Of a DNA stretch of 64,000 bases, positions 1 to 7,743 are shown piece by piece. Source of the stretch: Candidatus Eiseniibacteriota bacterium (GTDB lineage Bacteria; Eisenbacteria; RBG-16-71-46; CAIMUX01; VGJL01); contig JBHGAY010000007.1 in the NCBI GenBank assembly GCA_041946735.1, forward strand, positions 64,001-128,000. Direction: 5' to 3'. Every line of letters starts with the position of its first letter. The first letter of the stretch is position 1. A program made the position numbers and the translations under genes. The notes beneath the pieces are model-generated. The model was not told where the DNA came from. It saw only the letters and a program-made list of their open reading frames with translations, and ran no database searches.

Positions 1-15
1 AGCGTTCGATGTCGA

Positions 16-89
<74 letters not shown>

Positions 90-193
90 AGGAGAGCGGG
101 GATCGCGGGCGAACCGTGATCCCCGCTCGTCGCTCCCGCTCCCCGGCTCTCCGGTTGGGGGAGCGGAGGATCGAAGGGGCGAGAGGAGTCGGG

Positions 194-2134
194 GTGAGCG
201 AGGCAGGGGAGACCCGAAGCGAAGGGCCGCCGGACCGCGCGTCGCGCGACGGCGCTGGGACGACGCCCGAGGAGGCTTGCGCGCCGCGCGAGGAGACGCC
301 GGACGCCCGTCTCGAGCGCAAGCTGCGCCTGCTCCCCGATCGCCCCGGGGTCTACCTGTTCCGCGACGCCCGCGGCCGCGTCCTCTACGTCGGCAAGGCG
401 AAGCGGCTGACGGCTCGAGTCCGCAGCTACTTCCGCGGCGAGCCCGAACCCGACACGCGCCATGCGCGGATGTTGCCGCGGATCGCGGACATCGACACGA
501 TCGTGACCGGCAGCGAATCGGAAGCGCTGATCCTCGAAGCGAACCTGATCCGTCGCCACCGTCCCCGCTTCAACGTCGCGCTCAAGGACGACAAGAGCTA
601 CCCGTTCCTGAAGCTCTCGCTCTACCATCGCTTCCCCGGACTCACTCTCACCCGCCGTGTCGTGCCGGACGGATCCCGCTACTTCGGCCCATACACCCAC
701 GTGAAGGATCTCCGCCGCACGCTACGCACGCTCCGCAAGGTCTTCCCGCTGCGCAACTGCACCGACCGCCGCCTCGAACGCGACCGGAGACCTTGCCTCG
801 AGTTCCACATCGGACGCTGCCCCGCCCCCTGCACCGGGACGCTACCGGTCGAGAGCTACGAGCCGATCGTCTCCCGACTGATCCGCTTCCTCGAAGGGAA
901 CGTGGAGAGTGTGGTCGCCGAGATGCGGTCGCGCATGCTCGAGCACGCCGCAGGACTCGAGTTCGAGGAATCGGCGAGGTTGCGCGATGAGATCGAGACG
1001 CTCGAGCGGATCTCGATCGGCCAGCGAATGACGCCGGCTCTCGCGTCGGACACCGACGTGATCGCTCTCGTCGCTCGCGCGGACCGCGCTTGCGGCGTCG
1101 CCCTGCACGCGCGCGAGGGCCGGGTGCTGGGGAAGGAGTCGAGGATCCTCGTGCGCGCCGAAGGGGCGAGCGTGCCGGAGCTGCTGCGCGTCTTCGTTAC
1201 GAACGTCTATCTCGGCTCGCCCGTCGTGCCCGACACCATCGTGACGGCTTGCCCGGTCCGCGACGCCGGCCTGCTCCAGGACAGTCTCTCCCGGCACGCC
1301 GGGCGGCAGGTGCGCCTGCGCACCGCGCGCTCCGGCCCGCTCGCGCGCCTTCTCGAGGCCGCGCGCGAGAACGCCCATCTCCGCTTGGAAGAGGAGGAGC
1401 TGCGGGATCGCGAGAGGCGAGGCAAGGTCGATCCCGGAGTGTACGACCTTCAGGAGCGTCTCGATCTCGCGCAGACGCCGTATCGGATCGAGGGCTACGA
1501 CATCTCCAATCTCCACGAGACGCATCCCGTGGCGTCGAAGGTCGTCTTCCAGGACGGATTCCCCTTGAAGGGCGGGTATCGCCGATTTAGGATCAAGCAA
1601 GTCCAAGGACCGAATGATGTTGCGATGATCGGCGAGGTGCTTGAACGCCGGTTGCGACGCATTCGCGAGGGGACGGAGGAAGCCCCGGATCTGATCCTGA
1701 TCGACGGAGGTCCGGGGCAGGTAGGCCGGGCGCTCGAGGTCCTCGAAGAAGCCGGCCTGTCCGGGATTCAGATTCTGGGGTTGGCGAAGAGGGAGGAACG
1801 CGTGGTGGTTCCCGGCTCACCGGAGCCGGTCCGCCTTCCCCGGAACGCGGAAGGGCTGCGGCTTCTGCAGCGCGTCAGGGACGAAGCGCACCGGTTCGCC
1901 ATCGGCTACCATCGCAACCTGCGGGGCAAGGCGCAGGTGCGCTCCGCCCTCGACCCGCTGCCCGGAATCGGACCTCGCCGGCGTGCGTTGCTGCTGCGGC
2001 ATTTCGGGAGCGTCGCGGCGATCCAGGCGGCGACGGTCGAGGACCTCGCGAAGGTGCCGGGCATCGGCCCGAAGACCGCGAAGCGGCTGCTCGAGATGCT
2101 GAGGCAGGGCGGAGAGCAGGAGCGGGCCGGATGA
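194..2134 (+). CDS. uvrC: Excinuclease ABC subunit C
   Basis: GIY-YIG region LPDRPGVYLFRD..LYVGKAKRL, EALILEANLIRRHRPRFNV, RIEGYDISN, DLILIDGGPGQ, RDEAHRFAI, C-terminal HhH (GIGPRRR, GIGPKTA); GTG start chosen for SD GAGGAG at 183-188 (ORF open from 116). Confidence 0.96.
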   Translation: MSEAGETRSEGPPDRASRDGAGTTPEEACAPREETPDARLERKLRLLPDRPGVYLFRDARGRVLYVGKAKRLTARVRSYFRGEPEPDTRHARMLPRIADIDTIVTGSESEALILEANLIRRHRPRFNVALKDDKSYPFLKLSLYHRFPGLTLTRRVVPDGSRYFGPYTHVKDLRRTLRTLRKVFPLRNCTDRRLERDRRPCLEFHIGRCPAPCTGTLPVESYEPIVSRLIRFLEGNVESVVAEMRSRMLEHAAGLEFEESARLRDEIETLERISIGQRMTPALASDTDVIALVARADRACGVALHAREGRVLGKESRILVRAEGASVPELLRVFVTNVYLGSPVVPDTIVTACPVRDAGLLQDSLSRHAGRQVRLRTARSGPLARLLEAARENAHLRLEEEELRDRERRGKVDPGVYDLQERLDLAQTPYRIEGYDISNLHETHPVASKVVFQDGFPLKGGYRRFRIKQVQGPNDVAMIGEVLERRLRRIREGTEEAPDLILIDGGPGQVGRALEVLEEAGLSGIQILGLAKREERVVVPGSPEPVRLPRNAEGLRLLQRVRDEAHRFAIGYHRNLRGKAQVRSALDPLPGIGPRRRALLLRHFGSVAAIQAATVEDLAKVPGIGPKTAKRLLEMLRQGGEQERAG

Positions 2135-3051
2135 GCGATCCCAACTCGCTCCTCGATGCCTACCTCGACCATCTCCGGATTGAACGCAGGCTCTCTCCGC
2201 GAACCGTGGACTCCTACCGCGCCGATCTTCTCCAGCACCTCGGCTTCGTCGGTCGGCGGACGCCGGCCGGGTTGGGGGATGTCGACGCAGAGACACTTCG
2301 CGAGGACCTCGCCCGGCTGCACCGACTCGGTCGTGCCCGGCGCAGCCTCCAGCGCTACCGCAGCAGCCTTCGAGGCTTCTATCGCTTCCTGCGCGATCAG
2401 GGATGGATCGACGCGGATCCGTCGACCGAGCTGGAAGGCCCGGCCGTCCGGCGGCCGCTGCCGCGAAGCCTCGCGGTCGAGGACGTGCGGCGCCTGCTCG
2501 AGGCATGCGACGGCTCCGGCCCGCTCGACCTCCGGGATCGCGCGATGCTCGAGGTCGCCTATGGAGCCGGTCTCCGCGTCTCCGAGCTGGTCTCGCTGGG
2601 CTCCGAGCAGATCGATCTGGAGAACCGGCTCGTGCGCGTCCGGGGCAAAGGGGAGAAGGAGCGGCTCGTCCCGCTCGGCAAGCCCGCCTGTGAAGCGGTG
2701 CGCTCCTATATCGAGCGAGGCCGCCCGACCCTCGACCGCAGCCGGGCACGCGGCCGACTGTTCCTGAACCGGCGGGGGAGCGGACTCTCGCGAATGGGAT
2801 TCTTCCGTGTCCTGCGAAAGAGGGCCTCCGGCGCCGGATTCGATCCGCGCGATCTCCATCCGCACCTTCTTCGCCACAGTTTCGCCACGCATCTGCTCCA
2901 GCGCGGAGCGTCCCTGCGGATCGTGCAGGAGCTGCTCGGACATCGCTCTCTCACGACCACCGAGATCTACACGGCGGTCGACCGGACCTATCTACAGCAG
3001 ATCCATCGCCGCCATCACCCGCGTGGTGGGGTTCGAGGAGAATCTCGATGA
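2131..3051 (+). CDS. xerD: Xer-family chromosomal tyrosine recombinase (XerD-like; XerC not excluded)
   Basis: RDRAMLEVAYGAGLRVSELV, RGKGEKERLVP, HPHLLRHSFATHLL, VQELLGH, TTEIYT; ATGA overlap with uvrC. Confidence 0.88.
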   Translation: MSDPNSLLDAYLDHLRIERRLSPRTVDSYRADLLQHLGFVGRRTPAGLGDVDAETLREDLARLHRLGRARRSLQRYRSSLRGFYRFLRDQGWIDADPSTELEGPAVRRPLPRSLAVEDVRRLLEACDGSGPLDLRDRAMLEVAYGAGLRVSELVSLGSEQIDLENRLVRVRGKGEKERLVPLGKPACEAVRSYIERGRPTLDRSRARGRLFLNRRGSGLSRMGFFRVLRKRASGAGFDPRDLHPHLLRHSFATHLLQRGASLRIVQELLGHRSLTTTEIYTAVDRTYLQQIHRRHHPRGGVRGESR

Positions 3052-3764
3052 CGAATCGAAGGATGCCGAATGCCTCGGGGTCGTGCCCGCGCCGCCGTAC
3101 GCGCGTCCTCTCGCCGGTCGTCGCGGCGCTCGCGACGCCGCTGCTCTCCATCGCGCTCCTGCTTGCCGCTTCGCGCCCCGCATCGGCCTACGAGCATCGC
3201 AAGAGCACGCCGAGCTTCGGGGCGCAGTTCGGCTACGGCCGGATCATCGGCGGCGACTCGTTCCACGTCCCCGAATGGCCGAACCCCGACGGCAGCCTCG
3301 GACGAGACTTCGATCTGACGGACGTGTACGACACCTGGGGTCCGTCCTGGCACGTCGGCCTTCGATTCGTGCTCGATCGGAACCATGCGTTCGGGGCCGG
3401 GTTCGACGACTTGAGATACAAGCGGAAGGGCGGTTACAGCGATGAGGAGCGGCTGCTCTTGCCCGGCTGGGTGAAGTTCACAACGTTCCACGCCGATTAT
3501 TTCCTCTATTTCCGCAGGCGTATGAAGATCACTTCCTACGTCCAGCCGTTCGTGGGGCTGCAGCAGCGCGAGCTGCGATACAAGGGAAGCGACGTTTCGA
3601 CGCAGGAATATCGGCTGCTGTACGGTATCGGAGCGGGTGTAGAATACTTCGTCCGCAGGTCGTTCAGCGTGGATCTCGGTGCCAAGCTCTTCCGCTTGCG
3701 TGGCGGGGACGGGACGACGACCGCCGTGCAGCCGGTCATCGGGATCCAGGTCTACGTGATCTAG
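3048..3764 (+). CDS. Outer-membrane beta-barrel protein, function unknown
   Basis: Signal peptide ending ..PASA; alternating aromatic/Gly strands (YGIGAGVEYF, FSVDLGAK); terminal strand IGIQVYVI; start could be 3063. Confidence 0.7.
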   Translation: MTNRRMPNASGSCPRRRTRVLSPVVAALATPLLSIALLLAASRPASAYEHRKSTPSFGAQFGYGRIIGGDSFHVPEWPNPDGSLGRDFDLTDVYDTWGPSWHVGLRFVLDRNHAFGAGFDDLRYKRKGGYSDEERLLLPGWVKFTTFHADYFLYFRRRMKITSYVQPFVGLQQRELRYKGSDVSTQEYRLLYGIGAGVEYFVRRSFSVDLGAKLFRLRGGDGTTTAVQPVIGIQVYVI

Positions 3765-3772
3765 GAGGTCGC

Positions 3773-5764
3773 TTGCCTTCGGTAAAGCGCTACGCCGTCG
3801 GAGACACGATCTACCACGCCGATTACGGCGAAGGGATGGTGGTCGGGGTGAAGCCGCGCCCGTTCTTCGACATCCTCGAGGTCGCCTTTCAGGGGGGCGT
3901 GCGGCGTTTGAACTCGAATCATCCCCGCGTGGGCCAAAAGCCGCCGGAGGCGCCGGTGACAACGGCGGTCGCGGAGCCGGTGAACGAGGCGAATCTTCGC
4001 CTCGTCCCCGCCGGGGACGAAGACAGCGTCCTCGTCGTGGATCCCGAATCGATCGAGTACTACATGGCGTTGACGGAACTGCCAAAGGAGGCCTCGCCGG
4101 AGCGGTTCCTCCTCCACCTGAGCGCCGAGAAGCTCGCGATGATCCGCGGCTTCGAGAACCTGCTCAGCCTGCACAGCGTACGCGACCTCGAGCGCTACGA
4201 CTTCCAGATCCGCGCGGTGCTTCGTGTCCTGCGCCAGATGCGCGGGCGGGCGCTTCTCGCCGATGAGGTCGGCCTCGGAAAGACGATCGAGGCCGGGCTG
4301 ATCCTGAAGGAGTACGTGCTGCGAGGGCTCGTACGCCGCGCGCTCGTGCTCGCCCCCGTCTCGCTCCTCAGCCAATGGCGGGAGGAGCTGACGCACAAGT
4401 TCGACCTGCCGTTCGTCATCCGCGCGCGCGGAGAGGACTGGGGGACGCATCCGTTCCTGATCGCCTCGCTCGACACCGCGAAGACGGAGCGTAACCGCGA
4501 GGAGATCGGCAAGCAGCAGTTCGACATTCTCGTCGTCGACGAGGCGCACCGGCTGCGCAACCACCTGACGCAAGGATGGAAGTTCGTCGATGCGCTGTCG
4601 TTGAAGTATCTCCTGCTGTTGACCGCGACCCCGGTGCAAAACGACATGCGGGAGCTCTACAACCTCGTGACGCTGCTGAAGCCCGGCGCCCTCGGCACCT
4701 ACCGGGCCTTCCGCAAGGAGTTCATGGTCCGCGGAGACAAGCGGCTGCCGAAGAACACGCGCCGCCTCGCGAAGCTGCTCTCGGACATCATGATCCGGAC
4801 GACGCGCAGCTCGACGGCCTTGAAGTTCCCGCGGCGCGACGTGATGATCGAGACCTTCGAGCTGAACGCCGAAGAGCGCAAGCTCTACGACGGCGTCTCC
4901 GCCTTCGTGCACGACATCGTCTCCGAGAGCGAGCCGGAGGAATACGCCCGCTGGCACTTCCTCCTGCTCGTCCTGCAAAAGGAGATGGGGTCGAGCCATT
5001 ACGCCGCCCAGAAGACGCTCGAGCGGTCGTTGCGCGTGTTCCGTCGCGGCACACAGGCGAAGCGCCTCACCCGTCTCGTCGACATGGCCCGCTCCGTGAA
5101 GAAGAGCCAGAAGCTCGAGGGGCTGAAGAAGCTGGTCCTCGACGATCCGGAGGAGAAGATTCTCATCTTCACGCAGTTCCGGCGGACCCTCGAGTTCCTC
5201 GAGGCCGGAATGCGGGAGATCGGAGAGGAGCCGGCCATCTTCCACGGGAGCCTGCCGACCCGGGAGAAGGACGCCGCCGTTGAGGCGTTCCGGAGGGATC
5301 GGCGGATCCTGATCAGCACCGAGGCGGGAGGCGAAGGCCGGAATCTGCAGTTCTGCCGGACGGTGGTGAACTACGACCTTCCCTGGAACCCGATGCGGAT
5401 CGAGCAGCGCATCGGGCGGGTGCACCGTCTCGGCCAGACACGCGACATCCGGATCTACAACTTCACCGCGCGTGACACGGTCGAAGACTACGTGCTCGCG
5501 ATCCTGCACCGGAAGATCAACATGTTCGAACTCGTGATCGGCGAGATGGACATGGTGCTCGGGCAATGGAGCGAGCGGGAGAGTTTCGAGCAGCGGATCT
5601 TCCAGATCTGGGCGAGCCACCGCAACCGCCGGGATCTCGAGGAGGCGTTCGGGAAGTTCGGCGAGGACCTCCTCCTCGCGCGCAAGCGCTACGAGAAGAT
5701 CAAGGACTACGAGGAGGTGCTGTTCGAGGCGGTGGTCCCGCGCAGGGGAGGGGAGGAGGAGTGA
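3773..5764 (+). CDS. SNF2-family helicase/ATPase (YqhH/RapA-like)
   Basis: LLADEVGLGKTIEAG (motif I), VVDEAH (II), LTATPVQN (III), ISTEAGGEGRNLQ (V), YDLPWNPMRIEQRIGRVHRLGQ (VI); TTG start with SD AGGAGG. Confidence 0.92.
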   Translation: MPSVKRYAVGDTIYHADYGEGMVVGVKPRPFFDILEVAFQGGVRRLNSNHPRVGQKPPEAPVTTAVAEPVNEANLRLVPAGDEDSVLVVDPESIEYYMALTELPKEASPERFLLHLSAEKLAMIRGFENLLSLHSVRDLERYDFQIRAVLRVLRQMRGRALLADEVGLGKTIEAGLILKEYVLRGLVRRALVLAPVSLLSQWREELTHKFDLPFVIRARGEDWGTHPFLIASLDTAKTERNREEIGKQQFDILVVDEAHRLRNHLTQGWKFVDALSLKYLLLLTATPVQNDMRELYNLVTLLKPGALGTYRAFRKEFMVRGDKRLPKNTRRLAKLLSDIMIRTTRSSTALKFPRRDVMIETFELNAEERKLYDGVSAFVHDIVSESEPEEYARWHFLLLVLQKEMGSSHYAAQKTLERSLRVFRRGTQAKRLTRLVDMARSVKKSQKLEGLKKLVLDDPEEKILIFTQFRRTLEFLEAGMREIGEEPAIFHGSLPTREKDAAVEAFRRDRRILISTEAGGEGRNLQFCRTVVNYDLPWNPMRIEQRIGRVHRLGQTRDIRIYNFTARDTVEDYVLAILHRKINMFELVIGEMDMVLGQWSERESFEQRIFQIWASHRNRRDLEEAFGKFGEDLLLARKRYEKIKDYEEVLFEAVVPRRGGEEE

Positions 5765-6903
5765 AGCCTTCGGTCCTCCAGGCATTCGTCCGCGAATGGC
5801 TCGCGTTGCGCGGGCTGGAACCCGAAGAGCTGGAGCACGACGTCTGGCACTTCCGCTTCCCGAAGGATCTCCACGAACGGCTCGGGGCGAAGGATCTGAC
5901 CCTCAGCTTCAACCAGAGGGCGATGGCGCGCTACCCGCACGGGGAGCTGGCGACCGTCGGCAACCCGGTCTTCGACCGCCTGCTCGGAGTCGCGCGCGAA
6001 GAGGGAAGGATCGGAGTCGCCTATGCGAAGCCCCCGAGTCCGGCGGCGAAGCCTCCCGCTCCAGAAAAGGCCCCGAAGGTCGCCGGTCTGAGTCCCGGGA
6101 AGGCGGATCCGATCTATCAAGGGATCTACCACCTCGTTTTCACGGTGACGTACCCGACGATCGAGGCCTCGGACGAGATGGAAGTCGTTTCGGTCGATGG
6201 AGGGAGCCTCGAGGTCGCGGCGCAGACTCCCGACTTGATCGAGCTTTGGGGGACTCTGGAGAGCGTTCCGCGCAAGGGGCGCGTGCCGCTGCCTCCGGTC
6301 CCGCTGTCCCAACGGGTGCTCGACGCCGCCCTTCGCTCCCTCGAGAAGCGCCTTCGCCGCCGGATCAAGAAGGTGAAGGACAGCTGCGAGGAGCGGCTCG
6401 CGGAGGAGACGAATTCGATCCAGGAATACTACGAGCAGCTGATCGACGAGGCGCGGAACCAGAGCCGGCGGTGGGCGACGCGCGCCGAGGACCGGGAGGA
6501 CCGCATCCGCTTCCTCCAGCTCGAGTGGAAGCGGCGGACGGAGGAGGCAATCGAGTTCTGGTCTCCTCGCGTGCATGCCCGCCTCGTCGCTCTCGGCGTC
6601 CAGATGGTGCCCCGAACCGCGTACCGCTTCGCGCGGCCGGGAGCCAAGTCCGCGACGCGGAGCAAGCGTTCCGCTCCTGCGCCCGAAGCGATGATCGTTT
6701 GGGACGACGCGACGAAGAGCTTCCTCAGGCCCTACTGCGCCGCTTGCGGGCGCCCGGGGCTCGACGATCCCGTCTTCGGACAGGCGGGGGGACTGGTATG
6801 CCCGGATTGCGCGAACGCGCAACGAGGCAACGGAGAGGGAACGAAGGCGGCGGCCAGGCCGGCCCTGCGCGTGGTCGCCACCAAGGCCGGGGAGCCGTCT
6901 TGA
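5761..6903 (+). CDS. YqhG-like SNF2-partner protein with coiled coil and C-terminal zinc-finger-like motif
   Basis: GTGA overlap with helicase stop, SD GGAGGAGG; LTLSF..ELATVGNPVFDRLL; coiled coil ERLAEETNSIQEYYE; CAACG..CPDC. Confidence 0.6.
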   Translation: MKPSVLQAFVREWLALRGLEPEELEHDVWHFRFPKDLHERLGAKDLTLSFNQRAMARYPHGELATVGNPVFDRLLGVAREEGRIGVAYAKPPSPAAKPPAPEKAPKVAGLSPGKADPIYQGIYHLVFTVTYPTIEASDEMEVVSVDGGSLEVAAQTPDLIELWGTLESVPRKGRVPLPPVPLSQRVLDAALRSLEKRLRRRIKKVKDSCEERLAEETNSIQEYYEQLIDEARNQSRRWATRAEDREDRIRFLQLEWKRRTEEAIEFWSPRVHARLVALGVQMVPRTAYRFARPGAKSATRSKRSAPAPEAMIVWDDATKSFLRPYCAACGRPGLDDPVFGQAGGLVCPDCANAQRGNGEGTKAAARPALRVVATKAGEPS

Positions 6904-6929
6904 CCTGCTTGCGCGCGGGAAGTTACCCT
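6900..6929 (+). promoter_or_regulatory. Candidate sigma-70 promoter for the TPR gene
   Basis: TTGACC-18 nt-TACCCT. Confidence 0.4.
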
Positions 6930-6976
6930 CTTCCAATGTTGTCGATCGGGGTCGCGGGGGGGACGAAAAGGGAGGC

Positions 6977-7669
6977 GTGCGCTTGAGCGAAGGGAAACTC
7001 ACGAAACAGGAACTCCGGGAAGATCCGGTCGTGACGGCGATGATGCAGATCGGGACGTCGGCGAAGAAGCGTCTGCCGTATCTGTTGGCCGCGGTCGCGC
7101 TCGTTGTCGCCGTTTTCGTCGTGTTGCAGGTGATGCAGCGGTCGAAGGCCTCCGGAGAGCGCGCGGCGGCGGTCCTGGTCCTCGAGGGCGAGAACCAGTA
7201 CCAGAACGGCAACCTGAGCGAAGCCCTCTCGAAGTTCCAGCAAGCGGCCGACCGGTACGGCGGCTCTCGCAGCGGCAAGCTCGCGACGATGAGGACCGGC
7301 GACATCCAGATGGAGCTGGGCAACGTGGCCGAGGCGAAGGCGAGGTATGAGAAGTTCCTTCGAGCGAGCCCCGAAGGCGGCCTGCTCCGCTCCTCCGCCC
7401 TGCGCGGGCTGGCCGGCGCTCTCGAGTCTTCAGGACAGAAGGAAGAAGCGGCGAAGCGCTTCCTCGAAGCGGCGGACGTCCCCGATTCCCCCTTGCAGTT
7501 CGACGACCTCCTCAGCGCGGGCAACGCCTACCTCGACGCCGGCAAGCTCGACGACGCGGAGAAGGCGTTTCAGCGGGCGATCGCCGAGCATCCTTCCCAT
7601 CCGCGCGCGCGCGACGCGCGCGAAGGGCTGGAGACGGTGCGGGCGATGCGCGGCGGCGGAGGCCGTTAG
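6977..7669 (+). CDS. Membrane-anchored TPR protein (YfgM-like)
   Basis: KLTKQELREDP N-terminus, one TM helix (YLLAAVALVVAVFVVL), then TPR repeats; SD GGGAGG. Confidence 0.75.
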   Translation: MRLSEGKLTKQELREDPVVTAMMQIGTSAKKRLPYLLAAVALVVAVFVVLQVMQRSKASGERAAAVLVLEGENQYQNGNLSEALSKFQQAADRYGGSRSGKLATMRTGDIQMELGNVAEAKARYEKFLRASPEGGLLRSSALRGLAGALESSGQKEEAAKRFLEAADVPDSPLQFDDLLSAGNAYLDAGKLDDAEKAFQRAIAEHPSHPRARDAREGLETVRAMRGGGGR

Positions 7670-7695
7670 CCTTTTCGCATTGGCGCGGTGATGAC

Positions 7696-7743
7696 GCAGG
7701 GCCTCCGGAGCGTGGCGCTTCGGAGGCCCTGCCGTTTTCGTTT
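7696..7743 (+). terminator. Intrinsic terminator between convergent genes
   Basis: 17-bp stem GCAGGGCCTCCGGAGCG/CGCTTCGGAGGCCCTGC (one G-U pair) followed by CGTTTTCGTTT. Confidence 0.75.
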
